Positions 1 to 9,202 of a stretch of 64,000 bases of DNA are shown piece by piece. Origin of the DNA: Longimicrobiales bacterium (GTDB lineage: Bacteria > Gemmatimonadota > Gemmatimonadetes > Longimicrobiales > Gaopeijiaceae); assembly GCA_963664435.2 (NCBI GenBank), contig CAXXKM010000001.1:1472001-1536000 (forward strand). The letters are read 5' to 3'. A program made the translations under genes and the position numbers. The notes beneath the pieces are model-generated. The model saw only the letters and a list, made by a program, of their open reading frames with translations. It made no database searches and was not told the DNA's origin. Every line of letters begins with the position of its first letter. Within the stretch, counting starts at the first letter, position 1.

Positions 1-801
1 GGGACGGGCGACGCTGATCCCTTTCGCGCTCAGGCGCAGCAGGTTGAGGGGCGGCACCGGACCCGAGGCGTTGCCGAAGGTGATCATCATGCCGAAGCGG
101 GCCAGGCACTCCATCGAGCCCTCGAAGGTGGCCTTGCCGACGCCGTCGAAGACCACCGGGACACCCCGTCCGCCGGTGATTTCGCGCACCCGCTCGACGA
201 AATCCTCTTCCTTGTAGAGGATGATGTGGTCGGTGCCGTGCGCCCGCGCCAGGCGGCCCTTTTCGGGGCTGCCCGCGGTGCCGATCACGGTGGCGCCCAG
301 CGCCTTGCACCACTGGCCGAGGATGGTGCCGACTCCGCCCGCGGCCGCGTGCACGAGGACGGTCTCGCCGGCGCTCACCCGGTAGGTGCGGCGGCAGAGA
401 TACCAGGCGGTCATGCCCTTCAGCATGGCTGCCGCAGCGGCCTCGTAGTCCACGCCCTCGGGCACCGCGACCAGCTGGTCGGCGGGCATCACGCGCCGTT
501 CGCAGTAGCCGCCCGGCACGCTCCCGTACGCGACCCGGTCGCCGGGCTGGAAGGTCGGTCCGTCCGCGGCCGCCGGCCCGGCCGCCTCCACCACCCCGGC
601 CGCCTCCATCCCCAGCACTGCGGGCAGCGACGGTATCGGGTAGAGCCCGCTGCGGTGATAGGTGTCGATGAAGTTCAGCCCGACCGCCTCCTGACGGACG
701 AGCACCTCGCCCGGTCCGGGTTCCGGCAGGGGCACTTGTTCCCAGCGCATCACCTCCGGGCCCCCGAGCCCGTGGATGCGGATAGCCATGGTGTTGGTCA
801 T
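1..801 (-). CDS. qor: NADPH:quinone oxidoreductase (zeta-crystallin/MDR family), truncated by window edge
   Basis: Manual minus-strand translation from ATG at 801: MTNTMAIRIHGLGGPEVMRW...AVGLNFIDTYHRSGLYP...LGMEAAG...VHAAAGGVG. Absent from the ORF track because its stop lies outside the window. Confidence 0.9.
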   Translation of the reverse strand, partial: MTNTMAIRIHGLGGPEVMRWEQVPLPEPGPGEVLVRQEAVGLNFIDTYHRSGLYPIPSLPAVLGMEAAGVVEAAGPAAADGPTFQPGDRVAYGSVPGGYCERRVMPADQLVAVPEGVDYEAAAAAMLKGMTAWYLCRRTYRVSAGETVLVHAAAGGVGTILGQWCKALGATVIGTAGSPEKGRLARAHGTDHIILYKEEDFVERVREITGGRGVPVVFDGVGKATFEGSMECLARFGMMITFGNASGPVPPLNLLRLSAKGISVARP

Positions 802-936
802 AGCGGTCGTGTCGAAGGTTGAGTTGGATGTCCGCGCACGGCCTCTACTGAAATCAGCTGAGCCGGATGGCGACAGGGGCGTATTCGCCCGCCGCTTCGA
901 CCGGAACCGCACGAACCGAATGGCGACGGGCCACGC

Positions 937-1278
937 TCACCGCGATTCCGCGATGCGCGCCAGGCCGGCACGCGACGCGCGCACGAGAGCCTTCAGCGTA
1001 TCCCGCGGCGACTCGCCCATCTCCAGCTCCAGCACGCGCTCATAGAGCCGGGTGGCGAGTTCGAAGTCGCCCCGACCCTCGGCCAGCCCGGCCCTGCGCA
1101 CCATCTCGGCCGGCGGGTCTTCCGGGCGTTCCGCATCGGTTCCCCGCACCAGGTTGGTCACCAGCGGCATCGAAAGCACGATCAGCCCGATGACGAGCAG
1201 GACGCGCCCGAGCTTGCGGTTACGCCGGCGAAGCGCCGCCCGGCGCTGCTGCGGTGACTCGTTCGGCTCGGTGGGCAT
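937..1278 (-). CDS. small membrane protein with one TM helix and a TPR-like helix pair
   Basis: Basic N-terminus, hydrophobic VLLVIGLIVLSMPLV, then AGLAEGRGDFELATRLYERVLELE; start uncertain. Confidence 0.55.
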   Translation of the reverse strand: MPTEPNESPQQRRAALRRRNRKLGRVLLVIGLIVLSMPLVTNLVRGTDAERPEDPPAEMVRRAGLAEGRGDFELATRLYERVLELEMGESPRDTLKALVRASRAGLARIAESR

Positions 1279-1413
1279 GGCGGCGTGGACTCGGTGGGCG
1301 ACAGGGCGTCGGCGGAGCCGGGGTCCCGGCGCGACGACGGCGGTCAGGTGCGCCAACGTTGGCGCTTGCCGCCCCTGGGATCAAGAGGACGCGTCAGGCG
1401 GCGGCTGCCCGCC

Positions 1414-2301
1414 TCACGGCCAGAGGCTGATGGGAATCAGCGCCATGGGCCTCTCCGCCATGCGCTGCATGAAGCTGTAGGTGTAGGCCCGGATCTCGGC
1501 GCCCTGGGAATAGACCTCCAGCGCGTAGATCTGCGCCGTCGGATAGCTCTCGAGCACATCCAGACCGCCGATGGCCGGCACTTCATCGATGTACACTTTG
1601 GGGCTGATCGTCCTTCCTCGCCGGATGATACAGTTTGTCGACATCGCGCCGGTCAGCCGGCTGAGTCCGTGCCAGCCGAGGCTCCGGGTGGAGTTCCCCG
1701 CGCCGAAAATGTCCATGCCCGCGGGACACGGGACGGGAAAGTAGCGGGTGTCCGAACGCAGGAACTCAAGAGCATTGGACGACGCGCTGCGCAACAGCCG
1801 TTCCTGGTTGAACGCGCGGGCCTGGTATGGAACGGCTCGCCGCCGCGTGCGCATGCGCCGCTCCATGGTGCTGATGTTCTCGACCACCGCCGTGACGCCG
1901 TCGAGCAGGATGGGCTGGGGCGTGAGCTCGATCTCGACGAAGGCGCCGTCCGCGGGCACCTCGACCGGCGCCGCCGTCTCCTCGTACCCGAACTGGATTG
2001 CGGCGACAAGCTGGGCGCCCACGGCGACATCATCGAAGCGGAACGTGCCGAGTGAGTCGGCCAGCGCGCCGCGGCTCTCCCGCTCCAGGTACACCGCAGC
2101 CCCCGCGACAGCGGTGCCGGTGAGTGCATCGTAGACGACCCCGTGCAGCATCACGCGCACGGGCGCGGGCTCCGCCTCCTGTGCCTCGACCGCGGCGGGG
2201 AGGAAAAGGCAGGCCAGCGCAAAAAGGAGGAAACCGGCGAGCGCGGCCGCGACGCCACCTCGCCTTCGATCCCGTCGTCCTGCCGCTGCGCTTCGATTCA
2301 T
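1414..2301 (-). CDS. secreted CarboxypepD_reg-like domain protein with TonB plug-like C-terminus (paralog 1)
   Basis: Signal peptide; GVVYDALTGTAVAGAAV...GTFRF...QFGY domain; C-terminal PKVYIDE...QIYALEVY. Confidence 0.75.
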   Translation of the reverse strand: MNRSAAAGRRDRRRGGVAAALAGFLLFALACLFLPAAVEAQEAEPAPVRVMLHGVVYDALTGTAVAGAAVYLERESRGALADSLGTFRFDDVAVGAQLVAAIQFGYEETAAPVEVPADGAFVEIELTPQPILLDGVTAVVENISTMERRMRTRRRAVPYQARAFNQERLLRSASSNALEFLRSDTRYFPVPCPAGMDIFGAGNSTRSLGWHGLSRLTGAMSTNCIIRRGRTISPKVYIDEVPAIGGLDVLESYPTAQIYALEVYSQGAEIRAYTYSFMQRMAERPMALIPISLWP

Positions 2302-2381
2302 TTCGTTCCTGTCGCACTTCGTCCGGGCGAGCCGCTGTTCCCTGTGCTGCGATCGGCGCTGCCGAAGAGGCGCTGCTCCCG

Positions 2382-3269
2382 TCACGGCCAGAGGGCGATC
2401 AGCGCTTCGGGGTTCTCGGCGATGCGCTGCATGAAATTGTAGGTGTAGGCCCGGATCTCGGCGCCCTGGGAATAGACCTCCAGCGCGTAGATCTGCGTCG
2501 TCGGGTAGTTCCTGAGTGCATCCAGGCCGGTCATGGCCGGCATCTCATCGATGTACACTCTCGGGCTGATCACCTGCCCCCGTCTCCAGATGCAGTGACT
2601 CGCCAGCGCCCCGGATACCTGTGAGGGAAGGCTCCATCCCCCCAGGCCTCTGGCCGGGCTCCACCCCGCAGTCGTCACGCCCACCCCGAGCGGACAGGGA
2701 CGCCGCCCAAGGTTGGTCTCCCGCCACAGGAACTCGAGGACATCGGGCTCCGGGCTGCGCAGCAGCCGTTCCTGGTCGAACACGCGGGTCTGGTACGGAA
2801 GGGACCGCTGCCGCGTCCGAAGGCGCCTCACCATGGTGTCGACGTTGTCGGCCACCGCGGTGACACCGTCGAGCATGATCGGCCTGGGCTTGAGTTCGAT
2901 CTCGATGGCGACCCCGGCCTCGGGCACGTCGATCGCGGCCGCGATCTCCCAGTACCCGAACTGGGTCGCGACGACGGTCTGCGAGTCGGCGGGGACGCCT
3001 TCGATGCGGAAAACGCCCCGTGCGTCGGTGAGCGCGCCGTAGTCTTCGTCCTCCAGATACACCGCGGCTCCCGCCACCGGGGTCCCGGTGACCTCGTCCA
3101 GGACGACGCCTTCGATGGTGACGCCGATCGGAGCCGGGGCTTCCTCCTGCGCAAGCAGCCCGGATGCCGGCAAGAGGCCGAGAGCTGCCGCCAGGACGGG
3201 CCCCGCCAAGGCGTCCCACAGGCGCGCCGGCCTGCGGCTCCGGCTTTCCTGGCTACCGTTTGGATCCAT
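2382..3269 (-). CDS. secreted CarboxypepD_reg-like domain protein with TonB plug-like C-terminus (paralog 2)
   Basis: GVVLDEVTGTPVAGAAVY...TDARGVFRI; collinear with the 1414-2301 protein. Confidence 0.75.
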   Translation of the reverse strand: MDPNGSQESRSRRPARLWDALAGPVLAAALGLLPASGLLAQEEAPAPIGVTIEGVVLDEVTGTPVAGAAVYLEDEDYGALTDARGVFRIEGVPADSQTVVATQFGYWEIAAAIDVPEAGVAIEIELKPRPIMLDGVTAVADNVDTMVRRLRTRQRSLPYQTRVFDQERLLRSPEPDVLEFLWRETNLGRRPCPLGVGVTTAGWSPARGLGGWSLPSQVSGALASHCIWRRGQVISPRVYIDEMPAMTGLDALRNYPTTQIYALEVYSQGAEIRAYTYNFMQRIAENPEALIALWP

Positions 3270-3367
3270 CTCGTCCTGACGCTCCATCGCGGGGGCCGCG
3301 CGTCTCGGGTGCCCGTTGTACGACGCGTCCTCCGGGTTCGTTCCCGCCCACAACTCATTCTGCCGGA

Positions 3368-4534
3368 TCAGGCCGTTCCGGACAATCGCCGGCTCATGCT
3401 CTGCAGCGATACGGCCTCAATTCCGCGCCGCAGGGGAAAGTCGTCGTCGCCCGGGTGCACGACGAACCTGCGCGCCGGCCGGAGATCGTCGCACGCGCTG
3501 TGGAACCCCCGCGACAGCGATGGAGCCGAGCTCCTCTTGATCTCGATCGCCCACAGCTCGCCCCCGCCCAGGTCCAGCACCAGGTCGATCTCGGCCCCGC
3601 CCGCCGTGCGGTAGAAGCCGGCCGAGGCCTTCGCCGGAATGCCACTCAGCAGGTTCTCGATGACGAAGCCCTCCCAGCTGCCGCCCGTGACCGGGTGCCC
3701 GAAGAGCGAGTCGAGAGAAGCGATGCCCAGGAGCGCGTGGCAGATGCCGCTGTCGCGAATGTAGGTCTTCGGAGCCTTCACCAGTCGCTTGCGCACGTTG
3801 GCGAACCATGGTTGCAACCGACGCACCAGGAGAAGGTCGACGAGGAGATCCAGATAGCGGCTCACGGTCACGCTGGCGACGCCGAGGCTGCGCCCGAGAG
3901 TAGCGGCGTTGAACGTCTGTCCCTGGCTATGGGCCAGCATGGTCCAGAATCGCCGCAGAGTCTCTCCCGGAACCCGGGGACGGAAGCCGGGGATGTCGCG
4001 TTCGAGATATGTGCGAATGAAGTTGAGCCGCCACTCCAGGCTGTCCTCGTCGTCGGCGGCAAGAAAGCTGTCGGGCAGGCCGCCGCGCTGCCAGAGCCTT
4101 TCGGACTCCCGGCCTCCGACTTCGCGGACGTTGAGCGGCTGCATTTCGCAATAGGCGACCCGGCCCGCCAGTGTCTCGCTCGACTGCCTGAGGAGATCGA
4201 TCGAGGCGGATCCCAGGAGGAGGAAATGTCCGGTCCGCCGGCCTTCGCGCCTGCGTCGGTCGATGATTCCCCGCAAGGGTTCGAACAGCCCCGGCACGCG
4301 CTGAATCTCATCGAACACGATCAGCCGGTTCGCGTTTCGATCGCAGTACGCTTCGATGTCCGCCAGCCTGGCCCGGTCGCGGGGTCGTTCCAGGTCCAGA
4401 TAGGTCGCGCCGCGCTCTTCGGCGATCTCCATGGCCAGGGTGGTCTTGCCCACCTGGCGCATCCCGGTGAGGACGACACCGGGGTTCCGCGAGAGCATGT
4501 GCTCCACGCGGCCTTTGCATTCTCTCGCGATCAT
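3368..4534 (-). CDS. AAA+ ATPase (AAA_14) with DUF4143 domain
   Basis: Walker A GMRQVGKT, Walker B IVFDEIQ, LLGSAS, LAGR, KAPKTYIRDSG, C-terminal EIDLV...AIEIK. Confidence 0.9.
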   Translation of the reverse strand: MIARECKGRVEHMLSRNPGVVLTGMRQVGKTTLAMEIAEERGATYLDLERPRDRARLADIEAYCDRNANRLIVFDEIQRVPGLFEPLRGIIDRRRREGRRTGHFLLLGSASIDLLRQSSETLAGRVAYCEMQPLNVREVGGRESERLWQRGGLPDSFLAADDEDSLEWRLNFIRTYLERDIPGFRPRVPGETLRRFWTMLAHSQGQTFNAATLGRSLGVASVTVSRYLDLLVDLLLVRRLQPWFANVRKRLVKAPKTYIRDSGICHALLGIASLDSLFGHPVTGGSWEGFVIENLLSGIPAKASAGFYRTAGGAEIDLVLDLGGGELWAIEIKRSSAPSLSRGFHSACDDLRPARRFVVHPGDDDFPLRRGIEAVSLQSMSRRLSGTA

Positions 4535-4537
4535 GCC

Positions 4538-4568
4538 TGCAAATCTAATATCTGATGTCGGATTTGCA
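4538..4568. promoter_or_regulatory. inverted repeat TGCAAATC-N15-GATTTGCA, candidate operator
   Basis: Perfect 8-bp arms in an AT-rich patch directly upstream of the ATPase ATG. Confidence 0.55.
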
Positions 4569-4678
4569 TAGGTACGCGAAACAGTATGGCCATAACCGAG
4601 GGCTTCCGGCAGTCCGTGGATGAATCGCGCGAGCACTGAGAGCGGCGAGGCGCCGGGCTGGCGAGGCGCTTTGACGGC

Positions 4679-5554
4679 CTACACTTCCTCCAGCACCTCC
4701 GCGCGCACCCAGCCCACCTTGCCGTCGTCCAGCACGACCTCGAGCCACTCCTCGGAGCGGCGGTCCACGCGCACCCGGGTGCCCTCATGGATGACGAAGA
4801 GCTGGAGCGCGGGGTCGTCGGAGGGGGCGCTCTGGACGCCGACCTCGGCGGCGAGCACGATGGCCTGGCGAGCCTGGCCGAGTCCGGTTTCGCGCACAGC
4901 CAGGGTGGTGCCCAGCACCAGCACGAGGATGCCCCCCACCACCGCGGCCCGCCGCCCCCATGACGCCGCCCCCAACCGCAGAACCAGCCCCACCACCGCC
5001 CCCGCCGCCATCAGGTAGGCCGCGGCCGTCAGCCCGATGAGGAGGGAGCGCGGGAACAGGTTCATCCACCACGACCCGACCCGGAAGAGCCAGAAGCGGG
5101 GCAGCGGGACGATCTCGTCCGCCCCCAGCGAGCGGGCCAGCTCCAGGTTGGCGAGGATGTCGGCGTCGTTTGGGGCGAGGCGCCGCGCCCGCTCGTAATA
5201 GAGGATAGCCCGACCCAGCTCGTTCGCCTTGAAGTAGGCGTTGCCGATGTTGTAGTAGAGGCTCGCGCTCTCGAACCCCGCCTCGCGGACGCGCAGGTAG
5301 TTGTCGAGCGCGCCCTGGTAGTCCTCCTGCTGGTAGAGGCGGTTGCCCTCCGCGAAGAGTCCGTCCTGAGCGTGGAGCGGGGCAGCTGCGGGCGCTTGCA
5401 TGAGGACGCCGGCGGCCGCCAGCGCGAGCACCGCCCGTGCGCCGGTCGCGCGAAGTGCCTGCGCGGCCAGCCGGCTCACCGCCGTACGCACTCTTCCCGG
5501 CTCTCGGGGCGCCCGGCCCCGTCGCCGGGCCGGAAGGATCGCCCGCGCCCTCAT
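4679..5554 (-). CDS. batE: BatE-like TPR + TM + SH3-like protein
   Basis: TPR (LYYNIGNAYFKANELGRAILYYERA), two TM segments, C-terminal IHEGTRV...GKVGWV; ATGA overlap with batD. Confidence 0.8.
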   Translation of the reverse strand: MRARAILPARRRGRAPREPGRVRTAVSRLAAQALRATGARAVLALAAAGVLMQAPAAAPLHAQDGLFAEGNRLYQQEDYQGALDNYLRVREAGFESASLYYNIGNAYFKANELGRAILYYERARRLAPNDADILANLELARSLGADEIVPLPRFWLFRVGSWWMNLFPRSLLIGLTAAAYLMAAGAVVGLVLRLGAASWGRRAAVVGGILVLVLGTTLAVRETGLGQARQAIVLAAEVGVQSAPSDDPALQLFVIHEGTRVRVDRRSEEWLEVVLDDGKVGWVRAEVLEEV

Positions 5555-7431
5555 CGGGCGAGGTGCTCCGCCACGGCCGCCATCGCCGACTCCACCCTGC
5601 CCAGGAAGCGCGCGCGCTCTTCCGCCGACGCGGTCGGGGGAGCGAAGCGCTGCCGGTCGCACTCCTCCAGGCACTCCAGGTAGGGTTCGGCGGCCTCCGG
5701 GGCGACGCCCAGGGCGGCCAGCCGCTCGCGCACCTCGTCCCGGATCATGCCGGCGGCGGCAATGTTGAGCTTGTCCGCCAGGAAGCCCTCCAGTGCGTGG
5801 CCGGTTTCCGCGTAGAAGGCGCGCACATCCTCGCCACCCGCCAGCTTGCGAGCCTCCGCAACGCGCTTGCGGGCCACCTTGGCCGCGCGCCTCGAGCGGG
5901 CGTAGGCGACGTCCCCGTGAAGCCGGTCCCGGTGGCGGCGCAGCCCCGCCGCCCCACCCACCGCCGCGAGCGGCAGGAGCAGGGTGATCCAGAAGAGCGG
6001 GTGCGCCAACAGCGTCCGGTTCGCAAGCACCAGCGCCGGCGTGCCGATGCGGATGAATCGGATGTCGGTGCGCAGCTCCTCCACTCCCGCCCGCACTCTG
6101 CCCGTCCCCAGCGGCCCGTCCTCAGCCACCCCGGTGACCTCGACCGCGAGCGCCCCGCTGGTCGCGACCTCGTATGTCTCGCTCCCTGGGTCGAAGTAGG
6201 CGAGCTCGACCGGCGGGATGGCCCCCACCCCCGGCACCCGGGGCACCAGCACGTACTCGTAGGTGCGCGTCCCGCTCACCCCCGCGTCGGTGCGGTCGAC
6301 GCGTTCGGTCACCTCGGGCGGGAAGGCCTCGAAGCCGGGCGGGACCTCCACCTCCGGCTCGGCCAGCATGCGCAGGTTGCCGCTCCCCGACACCACCACG
6401 GTCAGGGTGACCGCGTCGCTGATCTGCACGCTGTCGCGGTCGAGGGTGGCGGTGACGTCCAGGTCGCCCACGAAGCCGGTGAAGCCCTCCGGGCGCCCGC
6501 CGGGCAGGGGCAGCACCTCGATCTCGATCGGCCGCGAGGCCGCCGCCGTCGAAATGCTCGAGTTCAGCAGCGAGCCGCGCCCGAAGAAGTCCTCGAACGG
6601 GTCGAAGGCCGAGCGGCGGCGCACCCGCACCTGGGCCTCGATGCCGAGCGGCTCGAGGGTGCGGGTGCCCGACCCGGTCGGGAAGAGCGCCACCTTGCGG
6701 ATGGTCGCGGTAGTGTACTGCATTCCGTCCCGGACCGTTTGCCCGATCACCGGCTCGCGCACCGGCGGATACTCCTCCACCCAGAAGCCCGTGGCCGGGG
6801 GCAGCTGGGTGATGCTGTACGAACTCACGTTCACGCGCGTGAAGATGCGGTAGTCGACCACCACCGGCTGGTTCTCGTACACCTGCCGCCGGCTCGGCAC
6901 CGCCTCGACCAACAGGTCCTCGGGCGCGATGCCGCGGTCGGCCGCCCCCGGCCCGGCCGATGGCCCTTGCGGGACGGGCGCATCGGAAACGTTCAGGGTG
7001 AGCGGCTCCGTGGTGAACCCACCTCCGCCGGCCTGCACGCCAATGGGATCGATGGTGAAGGTGCCGGCGCGCGTGGCCTGGAAGCGGTACTGGATGGTGA
7101 GGGTGACGCTGGTGCGCCCTCCGGACATCTGTATCGAACTCGACGAACCGCTCCCGAGATACACCGAGAAGGCGGTGAGGTCGGGGAGTTCGGGATCGCC
7201 GTCCACCTGCTGCGTGCCCGACACTTCCAGGTTGACCACGAACTGCTGCCCCACGCCCACCTGGTTGCTGCTCAGATAGGCGCGCGCGCCGACGTCCTGG
7301 GCGGCGGCGTCCGCCGGGCCCACAGCCGACGCGAATCCGAGCCACAAAACCGCTGCGGGAACAATCGCGAAACGCCGGGCAACGCATCGGCGAGCCGCGG
7401 TCAAACTCCGAAAAACCCGCACTCCGCTCAT
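5551..7431 (-). CDS. batD: BatD family protein
   Basis: Signal peptide, repeated BatD-type domains (VYENQPV, GSGNL, YFDP), late TM; operon position. Confidence 0.88.
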   Translation of the reverse strand: MSGVRVFRSLTAARRCVARRFAIVPAAVLWLGFASAVGPADAAAQDVGARAYLSSNQVGVGQQFVVNLEVSGTQQVDGDPELPDLTAFSVYLGSGSSSSIQMSGGRTSVTLTIQYRFQATRAGTFTIDPIGVQAGGGGFTTEPLTLNVSDAPVPQGPSAGPGAADRGIAPEDLLVEAVPSRRQVYENQPVVVDYRIFTRVNVSSYSITQLPPATGFWVEEYPPVREPVIGQTVRDGMQYTTATIRKVALFPTGSGTRTLEPLGIEAQVRVRRRSAFDPFEDFFGRGSLLNSSISTAAASRPIEIEVLPLPGGRPEGFTGFVGDLDVTATLDRDSVQISDAVTLTVVVSGSGNLRMLAEPEVEVPPGFEAFPPEVTERVDRTDAGVSGTRTYEYVLVPRVPGVGAIPPVELAYFDPGSETYEVATSGALAVEVTGVAEDGPLGTGRVRAGVEELRTDIRFIRIGTPALVLANRTLLAHPLFWITLLLPLAAVGGAAGLRRHRDRLHGDVAYARSRRAAKVARKRVAEARKLAGGEDVRAFYAETGHALEGFLADKLNIAAAGMIRDEVRERLAALGVAPEAAEPYLECLEECDRQRFAPPTASAEERARFLGRVESAMAAVAEHLAR

Positions 7432-8159
7432 CGCCAGTTCTTGCGCGGTCTCCGGCCGAGCGAGTCCGCCCGCGGCGGGCGATCGACCTCGTCGGGGTCT
7501 TCCTGGATCGCCTGGAGAAGGCGCTCGGCCTCCTCGGGCGTCATCTGCCCGGGGGGCGGCTGAGCGGGTTGCTCCTGATCCTGCTCGTCGTTCTCGGGCG
7601 GAGGCTGGTCCTGCTCCTGCTCATCCTGCTCCGGATCTCCCTGCGGGGGAGGCTGTTGCTGATCCTGGTTCTCCTGGTTCTGATCGTCCTGATTCTGATC
7701 CTGCTGGTCCTGCTGATTCTCCTGCTCCTCCATCTGCTCCAGCACGCGCTCGAGATTGTGCTTGGCGTCGGTGTCTCCGGGATCGATGCGGAGCGCCTGC
7801 TTGTAGGCCTCAAGGCTCGCGTCCAGTTGCTGCCGGCGGAAGAGGGAGTTGCCCAGGTTGTACCAGGCGCCCTGGGCCAGCGCCGTGTCCCCGGCTTCGA
7901 GGGCGTCCTGATAGGCCTCCAGCGCCCGCTCGAACTCCTGATTCCGGTAGAGTGCGTTGCCCTCGTTGAAGCGGATCAGCGGAGAACCGGGATTCTCGCG
8001 CAGCGCCTCCAGGTACATCTCGTGCGCCTCGGCGTAGCGGCCCTCGGCATAGAGCCGGTTGGCCTCCTCCACCAGCGAGCGCTGGGCGCTCAGTGCACCA
8101 GGCACGAGCAGCGTCCCCATCATCATCCAGAGGACCTTCTTCATTACGTCCCTCTTCAT
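7428..8159 (-). CDS. batC: BatC-like TPR protein with Gln/Asp-rich tail
   Basis: Likely start MKRDVMKK; TPRs (AWYNLGNSLFR, DAKHNLE); QDQ-rich linker; MTPEEAERLLQAI. Confidence 0.82.
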   Translation of the reverse strand: MKRDVMKKVLWMMMGTLLVPGALSAQRSLVEEANRLYAEGRYAEAHEMYLEALRENPGSPLIRFNEGNALYRNQEFERALEAYQDALEAGDTALAQGAWYNLGNSLFRRQQLDASLEAYKQALRIDPGDTDAKHNLERVLEQMEEQENQQDQQDQNQDDQNQENQDQQQPPPQGDPEQDEQEQDQPPPENDEQDQEQPAQPPPGQMTPEEAERLLQAIQEDPDEVDRPPRADSLGRRPRKNWR

Positions 8160-9202
8160 TGACCGCTTTCCCTCCACGCGGCCGCGCGTCCCGCGACAGT
8201 GGCCCGTCGGCGCGCCGGAAGCAGCGGTTCGATCAGCAGCAGCAGGATGGCCGCTCCCAGGAAAAGCTGGAACTGCTCCTCGAACTGCGCGATCTCGCGG
8301 GCATCGATCTCGCGCGTGCCCACCGCGCTCATCTCCTCGATGAGGGCATCGAGCTCGACGCTCTGCGGGGTGCTGAGATAGAAGCCTCCCCCCGTGGCGT
8401 CGGCGATCCGGCGCAAGGTAGCCCCGTCCAGGCGCGTGGTCACGACGTTGCCGTCGGCATCCCTCAGGAAGCCCTGCCTGTTGCCCGCGGCGTCGAATTC
8501 GGGGATGGGGACCCCGTCCAGCGAGCCGATGCCCACCGTGAAGACGCGCACGCCGGTATCGTTGGCGCGCCGGATGGCCTGGTCGACCTCGCCCTCGTGA
8601 TCCTCCCCGTCGGTCACGACGAGGAGTACCCGGAACTCGCGCACCTCCTCGTCGAAGAGGTCGAGCGCTACGTTCATCGCCTCGCCCAGATTGGTCCCCT
8701 GCACCGGAACCAGATCCACGTCCATGGCGCTCAGGAAGAGCTGGGTGGCGGCGTAGTCGGTGGTGAGCGGGCTCTGCACGAAGGCCTGTCCGGCGAAGGC
8801 CACCAGGCCGACCCGGTCGCCGTCGAGCCGGTCCACCAGGCGCAGGATCTCCAGCTTGGCGCGCTGCAGCCGGTTCGGGGCGACGTCCTCCGCGAGCATG
8901 GAGCGGGACAGATCGAGCGCCACGACGACGTCCTTGCCTTCTCGGCGCACGGTCTCCACGCGGGTTCCGAACTGAGGACGGGCCAGAGCCGTGAGCATGA
9001 GGCCGACGCTCCCGAGCAGGAGGAAGGTGCGCAGCGTGCGGTTGCGCGCGTGCACCGATGCCGCCAGCCGCTGCACGAGTTCGCTGTCGCCGAAGCGGTT
9101 CAGCGCTCGCCGTCGAGCGCGCGCTCCATGCCGGAGCAGCAGCGCCAGCAGGGGCACCAGCAGCAGCCCGAAGAGAAGTTCGACGGATCCGAATCTGAAC
9201 AT
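8156..9202 (-). CDS. batB: BatB-like VWA domain protein
   Basis: LARPQFG, MIDAS DLSRSM, PLTTD, TDGEDH. Confidence 0.88.
   Translation of the reverse strand: MFRFGSVELLFGLLLVPLLALLLRHGARARRRALNRFGDSELVQRLAASVHARNRTLRTFLLLGSVGLMLTALARPQFGTRVETVRREGKDVVVALDLSRSMLAEDVAPNRLQRAKLEILRLVDRLDGDRVGLVAFAGQAFVQSPLTTDYAATQLFLSAMDVDLVPVQGTNLGEAMNVALDLFDEEVREFRVLLVVTDGEDHEGEVDQAIRRANDTGVRVFTVGIGSLDGVPIPEFDAAGNRQGFLRDADGNVVTTRLDGATLRRIADATGGGFYLSTPQSVELDALIEEMSAVGTREIDAREIAQFEEQFQLFLGAAILLLLIEPLLPARRRATVAGRAAAWRESGQ

Noticed and set aside
1476..2497. Diversity-generating retroelement TR/VR pair
   Set aside because: Both copies are coding, the core is identical, flanking differences are not adenine-specific, and no reverse transcriptase is in the window.
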